64,000 nt of DNA from Chloroflexota bacterium (GTDB lineage: Bacteria; Chloroflexota; UBA11872; VXOZ01), in the NCBI GenBank assembly GCA_963663275.1, contig OY760183.1, forward strand, positions 128,001 through 192,000. The letters are read 5' to 3'. The notes below the pieces were generated by a model. That model was given only the letters and a program-made list of their open reading frames with translations. It searched no databases and had not been told where the DNA came from. Below, one piece after another: positions 31,066 through 40,949 of the stretch (positions are counted from its first letter, which is position 1; each line of letters begins with the position of its first letter). The translations under genes were made by a program, and so were the position numbers.

Positions 31066-31250
31066 CGAGAGAGCAAGGTCGCTGCTGGTCAGGCTTGGTC
31101 ATAAAACTCCCGTTCTGTAGCGGTCAGTGTTTTCCGGTGTGCTCAGTACGAAAGGGAAACCGCCCCGCCGCCGGATTTTGGGGGAACCGGAGCGGCGGCT
31201 TGGGGTTGTTCGGGGGCCGCGGCGGCGTGCGGGAGAAGTGGCACTTGCAA

Positions 31251-31925
31251 ATGACCGAGGCGTTGAAAGACGTTGACAACGCGCGGGCCGCGCCAGCAGA
31301 GACGCCGTATCCGGTACGGTTTTCGATAGAGTACAGCGCCTCCAGCAACCGGCTTACGGTGTTGTTGCGGCCGTTGCTGGTGATTCCGGTGCTGCTAATC
31401 ATGCAGTTGATTACCGGCGACCTCTGGAACACGCTGGACCCGTCGGCGGACGTGGTGAAAGCCATGCTGCCGTTCGTGGGCATGTTGTGGCTGGCGCCGC
31501 TGCTGATGATCGTCTTCCGCCGGAAGTACCCGCTGTGGTGCTTCGATTCGTACCTGGAACTCTATCGGTTCAGCGCCAGGGTGCTCGTCTACCTGCTGCT
31601 GTTGCGCGACGAGTATCCCTCGCTGGACGAAGAGCAGGCCGTGCGCCTCCGGATCGAGTACCCGGACGCCGCGGGCGAACTGCGGCGGTTTCTGCCCCTG
31701 GTCAAGTGGCTGTTGGCGCTGCCGCACCTGGCCGTGCTGACCGTTCTCGGCATCGCGGCAATGCTTGCGACCGTCATCGCCTGGTTCGCGATCATGGCCG
31801 TGGGACGGTATCCGAAGCGGCTCTTCACCTTCGTCGAAGGGTCGCTGCGCTGGGGCTTGCGGGTCTATTGCTACGCCTTCATGCTCACCACCGACCGGTA
31901 TCCGCCGTTTCGTTTCAGCCCGTAG
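31251..31925 (+). CDS. DUF4389 domain membrane protein
   Basis: Two internal repeats ending LLRDEYPS and LTTDRYPPF; WLLALPH. Confidence 0.8.
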   Translation: MTEALKDVDNARAAPAETPYPVRFSIEYSASSNRLTVLLRPLLVIPVLLIMQLITGDLWNTLDPSADVVKAMLPFVGMLWLAPLLMIVFRRKYPLWCFDSYLELYRFSARVLVYLLLLRDEYPSLDEEQAVRLRIEYPDAAGELRRFLPLVKWLLALPHLAVLTVLGIAAMLATVIAWFAIMAVGRYPKRLFTFVEGSLRWGLRVYCYAFMLTTDRYPPFRFSP

Positions 31926-32099
31926 GGGACTTTGCAAAACCCCTTGCACATCGAGGGCTGACAAGCGTATGAAAGTGTCATTCCGAGCGGAGCGAGGAAT
32001 CTAGAAGGGATGATGGTGCAGGGCAGCGCCTTAGATTCCGCGCTCTTAGCGACTCTCCGCTGCGCTCCGTTCGGAATGACGGAAGTGTGCACAGGTCGC
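31925..32099. mobile_element. Degenerate MITE-A containing a MITE-B left half
   Basis: GGGACTTTGCAAAACCCCTT...ATCGAG followed by GGCTGACAAGCGTA; ends GGAATGACGGAAGTGTGCACAGGTC. Confidence 0.6.
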
Positions 32100-32279
32100 G
32101 TGCGGGGTCTGGCCCGCGGCGGCGCCGGGTTGATAGCCCGCCGCTTCTCTGGCAAACGGTTAAACCTGCCGCCGGCGGCGCGAAGGCGGACGCGCCTCAC
32201 GTCAAAGAGAGTATACTGGGAGTGGCCCCGCGCAGCGGGGCGCGGCGGAGACTAGCGCGCGCACTGAGAGTTGACGCTT

Positions 32280-33662
32280 ATGCAAAAAGTAGACCTGGCA
32301 GTCATCGGCACCGGGCCGGCCGGGCATCGCGCCGCCATCCAGGCGGCCAAGCTGGGCAAGTCGGTGGTAGCAATCGAGGGCCGCCGCTTCGTGGGCGGCA
32401 ATCTGGTCAATGCCGGCTCGATTCCCAGCAAGACCTTGCGCCAGGCCGTGCTCTACCTCACCGGCTTCTTCGAGCGCAACATCTACGGCATTACCTACTC
32501 GGTTAAAGAGGACATTACCATCAGCGACCTGATGTTGCGCTGCGAGCACGTGATCAAGAATGAGACCGACGTGCTGGAGGTGCAGCTTTCCCGCAACGGC
32601 GTCGCGCCCATGTATGGCAGCGCCGAGTTCATCAGTCCCCACCAGGTGGCGGTCACGCTGGAAGGGGGGCGGGTGGAAGAGATCGAAGCGGAATACGTCA
32701 TCATCGCCACCGGCAGCCGTCCCGCGCGCACGGCCATGGTGCCGTTCAACGGCAAGACCATCATCGATACCGACGGCGTCTACATGCTCCAGGAATTGCC
32801 CAAGCGCCTGGCGATCGTCGGCGCCGGCGTGATTGGCGTGGAATACGCCTGCATCTTCGCCGCCCTGGGCATAGACGTCACGCTCATCGAGCAGCGGGAC
32901 GAGATGCTGGAGTTCATAGATGAAGAGATCCGCGAGGCGCTCTCCTACCACATGCGCGAGGCGGGCATCACGTTTCGCTTCCGCGAGGAGGTGGCCGAGG
33001 TGAGCGACGAAGGGCACCGCATCGTGGCCCGCACCCGCAGCCGCAAGACGATCATGGCGGACCACCTGCTCTACGCCGGCGGACGCCAGGGCAACACCGA
33101 TACGCTCAACCTGGCCGCGGCGGGACTGGAAGCCGACAAGCGCGGGCGGCTGCGGGTGAACGAGCGCTTCCAGACCGGCGTGCCCCACATCTACGCCTGC
33201 GGCGACGTGATCGGCTTTCCGGCGCTGGCGGCGTCCTCGATGGAACAAGGGCGGCTGGCCGCGCGCCACGCCTTTGGCGCCGGCGGCTCGTTCAATTCCC
33301 GCCTCTTCCCCTACGGCATCTACACCATTCCCGAAACGTCCATGGTGGGGCGCACGGAGAAGGAACTGAGCGAGGACGGAGTTCCCTACGAAATCGGCGT
33401 GGCCCGCTACCGCGAAATCGCGCGCGGCCAGATCATCGGCGATTCGAACGGCCTGGTGAAACTCCTCATACACGCCGACGAACGCACTATCCTGGGCGTG
33501 CACCTGCTGGGCACCGGCGCGTCGGAATTGGTGCACATCGGCCAGACCGCCATGGCCCTGGGCGGCACGCTGGATTTCTTCGTGGATAACGTCTTCAACT
33601 ACCCCACCCTGGCCGAGTGCTACAAGGTGGCGGCGCTGGACGCCTACAATAAACTCTCGTAA
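32280..33662 (+). CDS. sthA: Soluble (Si-specific) pyridine nucleotide transhydrogenase
   Basis: GTGPAG, IPSKTLR, GAGVIG.EY, GDVIGFP.LA, GIYTIPE, FNYPTLAE.YK.AALD. Confidence 0.9.
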   Translation: MQKVDLAVIGTGPAGHRAAIQAAKLGKSVVAIEGRRFVGGNLVNAGSIPSKTLRQAVLYLTGFFERNIYGITYSVKEDITISDLMLRCEHVIKNETDVLEVQLSRNGVAPMYGSAEFISPHQVAVTLEGGRVEEIEAEYVIIATGSRPARTAMVPFNGKTIIDTDGVYMLQELPKRLAIVGAGVIGVEYACIFAALGIDVTLIEQRDEMLEFIDEEIREALSYHMREAGITFRFREEVAEVSDEGHRIVARTRSRKTIMADHLLYAGGRQGNTDTLNLAAAGLEADKRGRLRVNERFQTGVPHIYACGDVIGFPALAASSMEQGRLAARHAFGAGGSFNSRLFPYGIYTIPETSMVGRTEKELSEDGVPYEIGVARYREIARGQIIGDSNGLVKLLIHADERTILGVHLLGTGASELVHIGQTAMALGGTLDFFVDNVFNYPTLAECYKVAALDAYNKLS

Positions 33663-33810
33663 GGTTTTCCTGCGCTGGCTTTGGTTGGTTGTGTGAGCCG
33701 GGATCCCGGTCGGCAGCGATGAAGTTTCCTCAGATTCTGCCTGGGTAAAGGGGGCGCCAGCCTCCCTGCGGCATGCTAGCCCCTCACCCTAAACCTTTCC
33801 CCCAAGAGAG

Positions 33811-33981
33811 GCTGACAGGGGTATGCATTCAATATCCGACTTCACGTGTCATTTGTATGCCACGTGGACTGTCATTCCGAGCGGAGCGAGGAATCTAGAG
33901 TGCTAATCGTTCGGGACAGCGCCCTAGATTCCTCTCTCCGCTGCGCTCCGCTCGGAATGACAGATTTTCGCCCTTGTAAGT
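33811..33981. mobile_element. MITE-B copy (right TIR degenerate)
   Basis: GCTGACAGGGGTATGC...CCCTTGTAAGT inside a CCCTCACCC..TTTCCC/GGAGAGGG hairpin. Confidence 0.7.
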
Positions 33982-34075
33982 CGAGGAGAGGGAACCGGAG
34001 CGTATTAGCTAGTCTGCTGTCCTCCGGGAGTGGGAAGCGAAGCGGTGGTGGGGGGAAGCTGACGCTGGGGGGCGT

Positions 34076-34375
34076 TCAACGGGAAGTAAACGGGGTGTTG
34101 CGCGCCAGGCTGCGGCCAAAGGCGCGGGCGCCGGCCAGGGCGGCGTGGACGCGGGCGGTGGGTTGCACCACGCGCCGGCGGGAAATGGCGTCGGTCTGCG
34201 CCGCGATGACCGCGGCGTGGGCTTGCCCCGCGCGCAGCGCGTCGCGGAGCCCGGCGTTCGCCCGGCGCACCACGCTCGCCAGCAGCAGCGTCAGCACCAG
34301 GATGAGCACGCTGCCCAGCAGCGCCTCCAGGATGAGAATGAGCAGCGCAATGTCGCGCCAGTGGGCCAGGGTCAT
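34076..34375 (-). CDS. Small membrane-anchored protein (YtxG/DUF948-like)
   Basis: WRDIALLIL TM followed by amphipathic helix; similar to 34909-35208. Confidence 0.55.
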   Translation of the reverse strand: MTLAHWRDIALLILILEALLGSVLILVLTLLLASVVRRANAGLRDALRAGQAHAAVIAAQTDAISRRRVVQPTARVHAALAGARAFGRSLARNTPFTSR

Positions 34376-34382
34376 GGCAGCC

Positions 34383-34580
34383 TCACTGCTTTGCTTCCTC
34401 GTAGCGGGCCAGCAACTCCTCTTCGGTGGCCTGGGCCGCTTGTTCCGCCTCCTGCTTGGCAACCTCGATCTGGCGGCGAATGTTCTCCCGGAACGCCTCG
34501 CCGCTGCTGGGGGCGAGCAGGCCGCCCAGCAACATGCCCAGCGACATCCCTACGGCAAAGCCGACGGTGAACCCTAACAT
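34383..34580 (-). CDS. YtxH domain-containing protein
   Basis: GF.VG..LG.LLAPSSGE.FR signature; RBS AAGGAG. Confidence 0.8.
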   Translation of the reverse strand: MLGFTVGFAVGMSLGMLLGGLLAPSSGEAFRENIRRQIEVAKQEAEQAAQATEEELLARYEEAKQ

Positions 34581-34631
34581 GCGCGTATTCTCCTTTGCGG
34601 TAAGCGTGCGGTCGTCGATGATGGACGGTGT

Positions 34632-34890
34632 GTGCACCGGTCGGCGGGGGACTAGCCCCCGCGCTACGTTTTCAATGTCAGCTGCACCGGTCGGCGGGGG
34701 ACGAGCCCCCGCGCTACGTTAGTAACGTCAGTTGCGCCAATCGGCGGGAGACTAGCCCCCGCGCTACAGTTAACCGGTAGGGGCAGGCCTTGTGCCTGCC
34801 CGACCTGAGAGGCGCGGCACTAGCCCCCACGCTACGTTGTTGGTTGCCGTTTGTTCCACCCGGCGGGGGACAAGCCCCCGCGCTACATTG
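34632..34890. repeat. Array of ~5 reverse-oriented GTAG REPs plus a GTAGGGGCAGGCC REP
   Basis: GCGGGGGAC(T/A/G)AGCCCCCGCGCTAC, first three at ~50-bp period. Confidence 0.88.
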
Positions 34891-34908
34891 TTGGCTGGGT
34901 GCGCGCGG

Positions 34909-35208
34909 CTAGCGTTTCTGTATGCGCGCCACCGTGCCGGCCAGCGCGCGGGCGAAGCGGATGACGCCAACGGTCTTGCCCGCGGCCTTGGCGGTGGGGC
35001 GCACCACGGCCTCGCTGACGAACTGCGTGGTGCCCTTCACCGTATTGCTCGTCTCGACCAGCGAGCGCAGCAGCGGCTGAATCTCCTGCTGGAGCGTGCC
35101 GGTGAGGCGCAGCACCGCCAGGACCAGCATGAGGAGCGAAAAGCCCATGAGCAGGGAGATGATCGCCAGTACGATGACCGCTATGTCGCGTATCTCACTC
35201 AGTCCCAA
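34909..35208 (-). CDS. Small membrane-anchored protein (YtxG/DUF948-like)
   Basis: IRDIAVIVL TM, then TVKGTTQFVSEAVVRP; TTG start after GAAAGGA. Confidence 0.65.
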   Translation of the reverse strand: MGLSEIRDIAVIVLAIISLLMGFSLLMLVLAVLRLTGTLQQEIQPLLRSLVETSNTVKGTTQFVSEAVVRPTAKAAGKTVGVIRFARALAGTVARIQKR

Positions 35209-35450
35209 TGCCGCAATCCTTTCGTGTCTTGGCGGAATCCGCTTGAGCCGGCGGAGCACTTTTCTGCCCGCTCCGCCCTCAGTCTAACCCTCACCCTAAC
35301 CCTCTCCCTCAGGGAGAGGGGACAAGAGCCGGCGCCGTGCCGCGCTGTCTGCCGCGTTGCCTGCCATGTTGTCCGTCGTGTTGCCTCTCGTATTCATCCG
35401 GCAACGGTATGGTTCATCCAGCGACGGTACTGTTGATCCACGTTGCGCAT

Positions 35451-37898
35451 TCACTCCGGTTGTGCGCGGGCGGGGCTTTTGCGGCGCAGGAAGGGGATGA
35501 GCCGCCGGCCGCCCAGGCGCGCGCCCCGGCGGTAGAGCCGCCAGCGCACCCGGCCCCACGCCTTCAGCACCGCGTCCTTCTGCTGGGGCGAAATCCCTTC
35601 CGCGCTATAGAGCGATTCCGCGTAGGTGGCGCAGATCGCCTGCACCGCGATAGTGGGAAAGCGCGCGTCGCCGGCCGTGCGCAGGCCGTGCAGCAGGCGG
35701 TCGGCGTACTCGTCCGGCGTAATGGCCGTGGTGGCCGGCACGCCGGCGATCCGGCCGGCGCGCACCAGCTTGCGGTAGACGTGCCGCACCATCTGATGCG
35801 GGGTCATGCGCTTCTCCTGGATGAAATTATACGCGAACCAGCCGACGCCAATCACGAGCAGCACCGCCAGCAGCGGGCGCAGGTCGGGTATCTCCGGCAC
35901 GTCCACGCCGAGGATGTTCGTGCCCGGCACCGTGCCGCCCACAACGCCCGCAACGCCGGCGGACAGGAGTTCGTCCTCGCCAAGCTCATCGTAGAACTCA
36001 TCGAGTTCCGGGTTGGACGAGCCGCTGATCTCGGCGGCCAGAATGCCCCGGTCGATGGGCGTCTGGTTGGGACTGGGCTCGAACGGAATCCAGCCCAGGC
36101 CCGCAAAGTAGACCTCCGGCCAGGTGTGCGCCTGCTTCTCGGTCACCACGAAGCGGCGCTGCGCCACGTCGTAGCGGCCCGTGGCAAAACCCACGGCCAG
36201 GCGCGCCGGCACGCCCACCGTGCGCAGCATCACCACCATGGTGCTGGCGTAGTAGTCCGCGTAGCCGCGCTTGGCCTCGAAGAGGAAGTAGTCCACCGCG
36301 TCTTTGTCGGCGGGCGGCGGCGGGATGGAAATCGAGTAGGGGATGCGCCGCAGGAAGAGTTCGATCGCCAACGTCTTCTCATACTGCGTCTCTTTGCCCC
36401 GCACCACGGTCTTCGTCAGGTCCACCACGCGCTGCGGCAGCTTGGGCGCTTGCAGGTAGCGCCGGATTTCCGCGGGCACGTCGCCCTGGGCGTTCAGCAG
36501 TTGGTCCTCGGTAGCAGTGGTGACCAGGCTCTCCAGCGTGTATTCCAGATCCGGCACCGCCACGCGCCGGGCGCGCAAGAGGTCGTAGTCCAGCGGCGCG
36601 TCCGCGGACGCCACCTGCACGCGGTAGGGGATGCTGATGCTGGTGGGGAAGTCCGGCGCGAACACGATGTCGCTGGGGCTGTCCACGATGCGGAAGGTGA
36701 ACGTGGCCGGACGGCGGTAGCTCACCGGCGGCGGCGGAATCGGCTCCTCGTCGGCGCGGCGGTCCAGCAGCGTGCCGCTGGTGTTGTACCAGGTGTAGCC
36801 GGTATAGGCGTCGAAGGTGGCCCCGCGCCAGTAGCCGTTGAAGTTGCGCTCGTCGGTCGTCACGTACATGCGGTACGGTTGGCTGAAGCGCCGGGGCCCG
36901 CTGAAGAGGCGGTTGTCGGAGCCGAGAATCAGGCCCACGCCGCTGGGATTCTGGATGCCGGAGAAGAGTCGCTTCGTGGTGTTGTCGATTTCGGCCCACT
37001 CGCCGCCGAAGACGGTCCAGAACGTCTCCGAAATCGGATTGCTGCCCACCCGGGGCGCCATGGTTGCCGTGAACGTGAGCGCCGTAGTCAGGAGCACACT
37101 GGCAATCAACACGTCCAGGCCCACCTCGGTGGCGTAGTCCAGCTTGCGCGATTCCCAGCGCTTGTGCAGCGCGTGCAGATTGAGGCGCACCATCAGCAGG
37201 AGCGTGGCGGCCAGGAAGAGCACGAACGGCCAGCGCCCCTGGCCGGAGTAGGCCAGGTTGATCACCATGGCTACGCCGGGCACCAGCGCGGCGATGAGCA
37301 CGTCGTTGTGGCGGAAGAAGCCCCACGTGGCCACGTAGCCGATGGCCCAGCCCACCAGCGTGATCCAGAAGACGAACACGCCGTTGTCTTCGGAGTAGGT
37401 GCCGCGCAGGCCGGCGCGGGTCCAATCGCCCAAGCGGACGCCAAAGTCGCTGGCGTTCGTGACGAAGGTCGCGATCGCGTCGGCCGGCGGTATCGGCTGC
37501 GGCAGACCGCTGCCGCCGAGCAGGCCGGCCACGGCGCCCAGAATCCAGGTGAGCGTATTCAGGATCAGCGCCAGGGCGTCCTGGAAGATGCGGTCTACCG
37601 GCGGCAGGGCTTCGCTCACCAGCAGGAAGCAGTAGACGATGCCGATGGCGGCCCCAAGCAGCCAGCCCTTGCGCGTGCCCCAACGGGTGTGCGCCGCCAG
37701 AAAGCCCACGGCCAGGCCGAGCATCGACGTGGAAAAGATGGCGTCGGTGCCGGTGGCCCAGCCCGATTGATGGATTGCCCACGAGCTTACCAGCGTCATC
37801 GCGGCCAGCAGAAGCAGGGTGACCCAGTGCCGGAGCAGCGTTTCCAGCAAATTCGGCTGGTCCTCAGCGGCGGCATCGGTGTAGATCGAGTTCGCCAT
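35451..37898 (-). CDS. Membrane transglutaminase-like protein (TgpA/DUF4129 architecture), catalytic Cys replaced by Ala
   Basis: Multi-TM N-terminus, YWRG..FD.YTG..W, GYADYYAS, AHTWPEVY, GWIPFEP, TPDEY. Confidence 0.88.
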   Translation of the reverse strand: MANSIYTDAAAEDQPNLLETLLRHWVTLLLLAAMTLVSSWAIHQSGWATGTDAIFSTSMLGLAVGFLAAHTRWGTRKGWLLGAAIGIVYCFLLVSEALPPVDRIFQDALALILNTLTWILGAVAGLLGGSGLPQPIPPADAIATFVTNASDFGVRLGDWTRAGLRGTYSEDNGVFVFWITLVGWAIGYVATWGFFRHNDVLIAALVPGVAMVINLAYSGQGRWPFVLFLAATLLLMVRLNLHALHKRWESRKLDYATEVGLDVLIASVLLTTALTFTATMAPRVGSNPISETFWTVFGGEWAEIDNTTKRLFSGIQNPSGVGLILGSDNRLFSGPRRFSQPYRMYVTTDERNFNGYWRGATFDAYTGYTWYNTSGTLLDRRADEEPIPPPPVSYRRPATFTFRIVDSPSDIVFAPDFPTSISIPYRVQVASADAPLDYDLLRARRVAVPDLEYTLESLVTTATEDQLLNAQGDVPAEIRRYLQAPKLPQRVVDLTKTVVRGKETQYEKTLAIELFLRRIPYSISIPPPPADKDAVDYFLFEAKRGYADYYASTMVVMLRTVGVPARLAVGFATGRYDVAQRRFVVTEKQAHTWPEVYFAGLGWIPFEPSPNQTPIDRGILAAEISGSSNPELDEFYDELGEDELLSAGVAGVVGGTVPGTNILGVDVPEIPDLRPLLAVLLVIGVGWFAYNFIQEKRMTPHQMVRHVYRKLVRAGRIAGVPATTAITPDEYADRLLHGLRTAGDARFPTIAVQAICATYAESLYSAEGISPQQKDAVLKAWGRVRWRLYRRGARLGGRRLIPFLRRKSPARAQPE

Positions 37899-37902
37899 GG
37901 CT

Positions 37903-39213
37903 CTAGCCCACGCCTATTTCATGGATGCGGCTCGTTGCCGTGGTCTCCACGGTCTGCGCGCGCCGCCGGACGTCTTCATCGCCCTTCTCCAGGATGATGG
38001 TGCGGAACTCCTGGCCGCGCTCGATTTCGATGTAGGAGATGCCGGCTGCGCCCAGCGCCTGCTGCAAGGGCGCGCTGTTGCGGTCGGCCCCAAACGTCTG
38101 CGGCGCCAGGTGAAGCACCGTGGGCCGGATGCCCCGGCGCGAGACGTTGACCAGGATCGGCGCCCAGGCCGGGTCGGTGTTCGGCGTGATTACGATCAGG
38201 CTCATGCTGCCGCGAATCTGCGGCGCGACCTCGGACAGCACGTCGCCCAGGCGCGCCGCGCCTTGGGCGCGCACCACCGCCAGTATCTCCATGATGCGCC
38301 ACATGTGCTGGCTGCCGCGATTGGCGCGCAAGAGGCGGCGCTCCTCGCCATAGGTGATCAGCCCGATCGACTTCTGCTCGCGGATCAGGCGGTAGACCAA
38401 CGCCGCCGCCAGCTTGACGCCGTATTCCTCCGTGGACTCTTCCTCGGCGCCGGCCTGGGCGGCCTGGTCCAGGTCCAGCAAGATCCAGGTGCTGCCGCCG
38501 GGCTCCATGTCGAACTCTTTGGTTTGCAAGCGGCCGCGCCGGGCGGTGGTGGGCCAGTGGATGATGTGCAGCGCGTCGCCGGGCACGAACTCGCGCACGC
38601 TGGCCGCGTCGGTTGTCAGGTGCAAGGCCCGCCGCGAGGAGCGCGATTCGCCGCTCTGGCGGCCGGTGGGCAGGGCCAGCCCCGGCACTTCCGTGATGGG
38701 CGGGTAGACCAGAAAAGTGGCTTGGTCGGGCAGTTCCTTGGTGGCGCGGAAGATGCCGAACGGGTCGCCGGTGTAGACGCGCAAGGGGCCCAGGCGATAG
38801 AGGCCGCGCCGGCTGCACACGGCCCGCGACTTCCATTCGCGGTGCTCCCGCGGCCCCAGCCCGGTGACCATGCCGGCCTGGTAGCCGGGCACGTCCGAGT
38901 GGTCGTTCACTTCCACCCACAGCACCGGCAGCGCGCCGGCGTTGCTCACCCGAAAGTTCTCCACGATCTCATCGCCCAGCGTCGCCCACTTGGAGAGCAG
39001 ATGCCGTTCCACCGAGAGATTGCGGATGTTGCGGGTGGTCCAGAAATAGCTGATGGCAATGAGCCCCAGCATGGCATAGAGGAACGAATAGAGCACGTTG
39101 ATGCCGGAGATGAGCGCCAGCACCAGGATGCCGGCGGCAAGCACGATGATGAACGGCCGCTCCAGTTGGACCTGAACGTTGCCGCGCTCCGCTTGACGAT
39201 CGGTTTCCTGCAT
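37903..39213 (-). CDS. DUF58 domain-containing protein
   Basis: RRGLY.LGP, DPFG.F, VYP, VREFVPGD..HIIHWPTTAR, KEF. Confidence 0.9.
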   Translation of the reverse strand: MQETDRQAERGNVQVQLERPFIIVLAAGILVLALISGINVLYSFLYAMLGLIAISYFWTTRNIRNLSVERHLLSKWATLGDEIVENFRVSNAGALPVLWVEVNDHSDVPGYQAGMVTGLGPREHREWKSRAVCSRRGLYRLGPLRVYTGDPFGIFRATKELPDQATFLVYPPITEVPGLALPTGRQSGESRSSRRALHLTTDAASVREFVPGDALHIIHWPTTARRGRLQTKEFDMEPGGSTWILLDLDQAAQAGAEEESTEEYGVKLAAALVYRLIREQKSIGLITYGEERRLLRANRGSQHMWRIMEILAVVRAQGAARLGDVLSEVAPQIRGSMSLIVITPNTDPAWAPILVNVSRRGIRPTVLHLAPQTFGADRNSAPLQQALGAAGISYIEIERGQEFRTIILEKGDEDVRRRAQTVETTATSRIHEIGVG

Positions 39214-39656
39214 CCGTCGCCCGCCTTTCGTGCCAGGTGTGGCCGCGTGTCGCGCCACGCGCAGCCGCCTCTCGCGCCTGGTGTGGCCGCCCCTTGTGCC
39301 AGGTGCGTCCGTGTCCCGTGCCAGGTGTCGCCGCGTCCCGCGCCCTTCACCCCACTATACCGCAAGTACCGGCGGGTCGCATGGCCTTGCGGCCAATTGC
39401 CGGAAGCGCGCTCAGGCTCCCTCTCCCAGGGGGCGACCGTCCGGTGTAGGGGCACGACATGTCGTGCCCCTACACCGGACGGCGCCAATGGCCGGCCGCT
39501 CCCGCGCGTTCGATACGGGCGGCGTCCCTGTGCTACCATTTAGACATCAGGCGCGCCCGGCCGCGGGGGCGCGGCCTACCGGCAGGTAAGGAATCATGCG
39601 GGTACTTTTGGCGCGCCGGCGCGCGGCGCGAACGGCGTCAGAAAGGACGTGGAGAG

Positions 39657-40937
39657 GTGGCCGACCTGGTCTCGGACAACGCGGACGACGTGCCGACCGG
39701 ACTCGAATCTATCGCCCGGCAAGACCCGGCGGTCTACGGCTGGATTCGCAAGGAACATCAGCGGCAGGAAGACCACCTGGAGTTGATCGCATCCGAAAAC
39801 TACACCAGCGCGGCGGTGCGCGCGGCGTGCGGCTCGATTCTCACCAACAAATACGCCGAGGGCTACCCGGGGCGGCGCTACTACGGCGGCTGCGAATACG
39901 TGGATGAGATCGAGCAACTGGCAATCGACCGGGCCAAGGCGCTTTTCGGCGCGGAACACGCCAACGTGCAGCCCTATTCCGGCTCCAACCCCAACGCGGC
40001 GGTCTACCTGGCCATGCTCCAGCCGGGCGCGACGGTGATGGGCATGTCGCTGGCCCAGGGCGGGCACCTGACCCACGGACACCCCAAGAATTTTTCCGGC
40101 CTCGTCTACAACTTCGTGCCCTACGGCGTGAATCTGGATACGGAACGCATCGACTACGACGAGGTGGAGCGCATCGCCCACGAGTGCAAGCCGCGCCTGA
40201 TCGTCGGCGGCGCCACGGCCTACGCGCGCACCATCGACTTCGCCCGCTTGCGCCGGATTGCCGACGCCGTGGACGCGCTCTTCCTGGTGGACATGGCGCA
40301 CATCGCGGGACTGGTGGCCGCGGGCCTGCATCCCAGCCCCGTGCCCCACGCGCACTTCGTGACCTCATCCACCCACAAGACCCTGCGCGGGCCGCGCGGC
40401 GGGCTGATCCTGTGCAAGGAAGAATTCGCCAAGCAGGTGGACGGCGCCGTCTTTCCCGGCCTCCAGGGCGGCCCGTTCATGCACATCATGGCCGGCAAGG
40501 CGGTGGCGTTCGCGGAGGCGATGACGCCGGATTTCAGGGCCTATAGCCAGGCGGTGGTGCACAACGCCCACGCGCTGGCGGAGACCCTGATGGAGCACGG
40601 CCTGCGCGTGGTCTCCGGCGGCACGGATAACCACCTGATGCTGGTGGACTTCGGCAAGGAAGGGCCTTCCGGCAAGGTGGTGGAAGCGGCGCTGGCCAAG
40701 GCGAACATCACCGTGAACAAGAACACGGTGCCCCGGGAGACCCGCTCGCCGTTCGTCACCAGCGGCATTCGCGTTGGCTCGCCGGCGGTCACTACGCGGG
40801 GCATGGGCGCGCCGGAGATGCGACGCATCGGCGCCGGCATCGCCGAGGCCGTGCGCAACCGCAAGGACAAGGCCGCCCTGCAACGGGTGCGGCAGGACGT
40901 GCTCGACCTCTGCGCCGCCTTCCCGGCGCCGGACTAG
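39657..40937 (+). CDS. glyA: Serine hydroxymethyltransferase
   Basis: [41 protein letters not shown]; start codon approximate. Confidence 0.97.
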   Translation: MADLVSDNADDVPTGLESIARQDPAVYGWIRKEHQRQEDHLELIASENYTSAAVRAACGSILTNKYAEGYPGRRYYGGCEYVDEIEQLAIDRAKALFGAEHANVQPYSGSNPNAAVYLAMLQPGATVMGMSLAQGGHLTHGHPKNFSGLVYNFVPYGVNLDTERIDYDEVERIAHECKPRLIVGGATAYARTIDFARLRRIADAVDALFLVDMAHIAGLVAAGLHPSPVPHAHFVTSSTHKTLRGPRGGLILCKEEFAKQVDGAVFPGLQGGPFMHIMAGKAVAFAEAMTPDFRAYSQAVVHNAHALAETLMEHGLRVVSGGTDNHLMLVDFGKEGPSGKVVEAALAKANITVNKNTVPRETRSPFVTSGIRVGSPAVTTRGMGAPEMRRIGAGIAEAVRNRKDKAALQRVRQDVLDLCAAFPAPD

Positions 40938-40949
40938 GGCGCGCGGCGC

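Noticed and set aside
33663-33780. Possible structured ncRNA downstream of sthA
   Set aside because: Only a short palindrome (CCGGGATCCCGG); no SRP, 6S, tmRNA or riboswitch signature recognised. An Rfam cmscan would settle it.
39480-39656. ZTP (pfl) or THF riboswitch upstream of glyA
   Set aside because: No conserved riboswitch elements recognised
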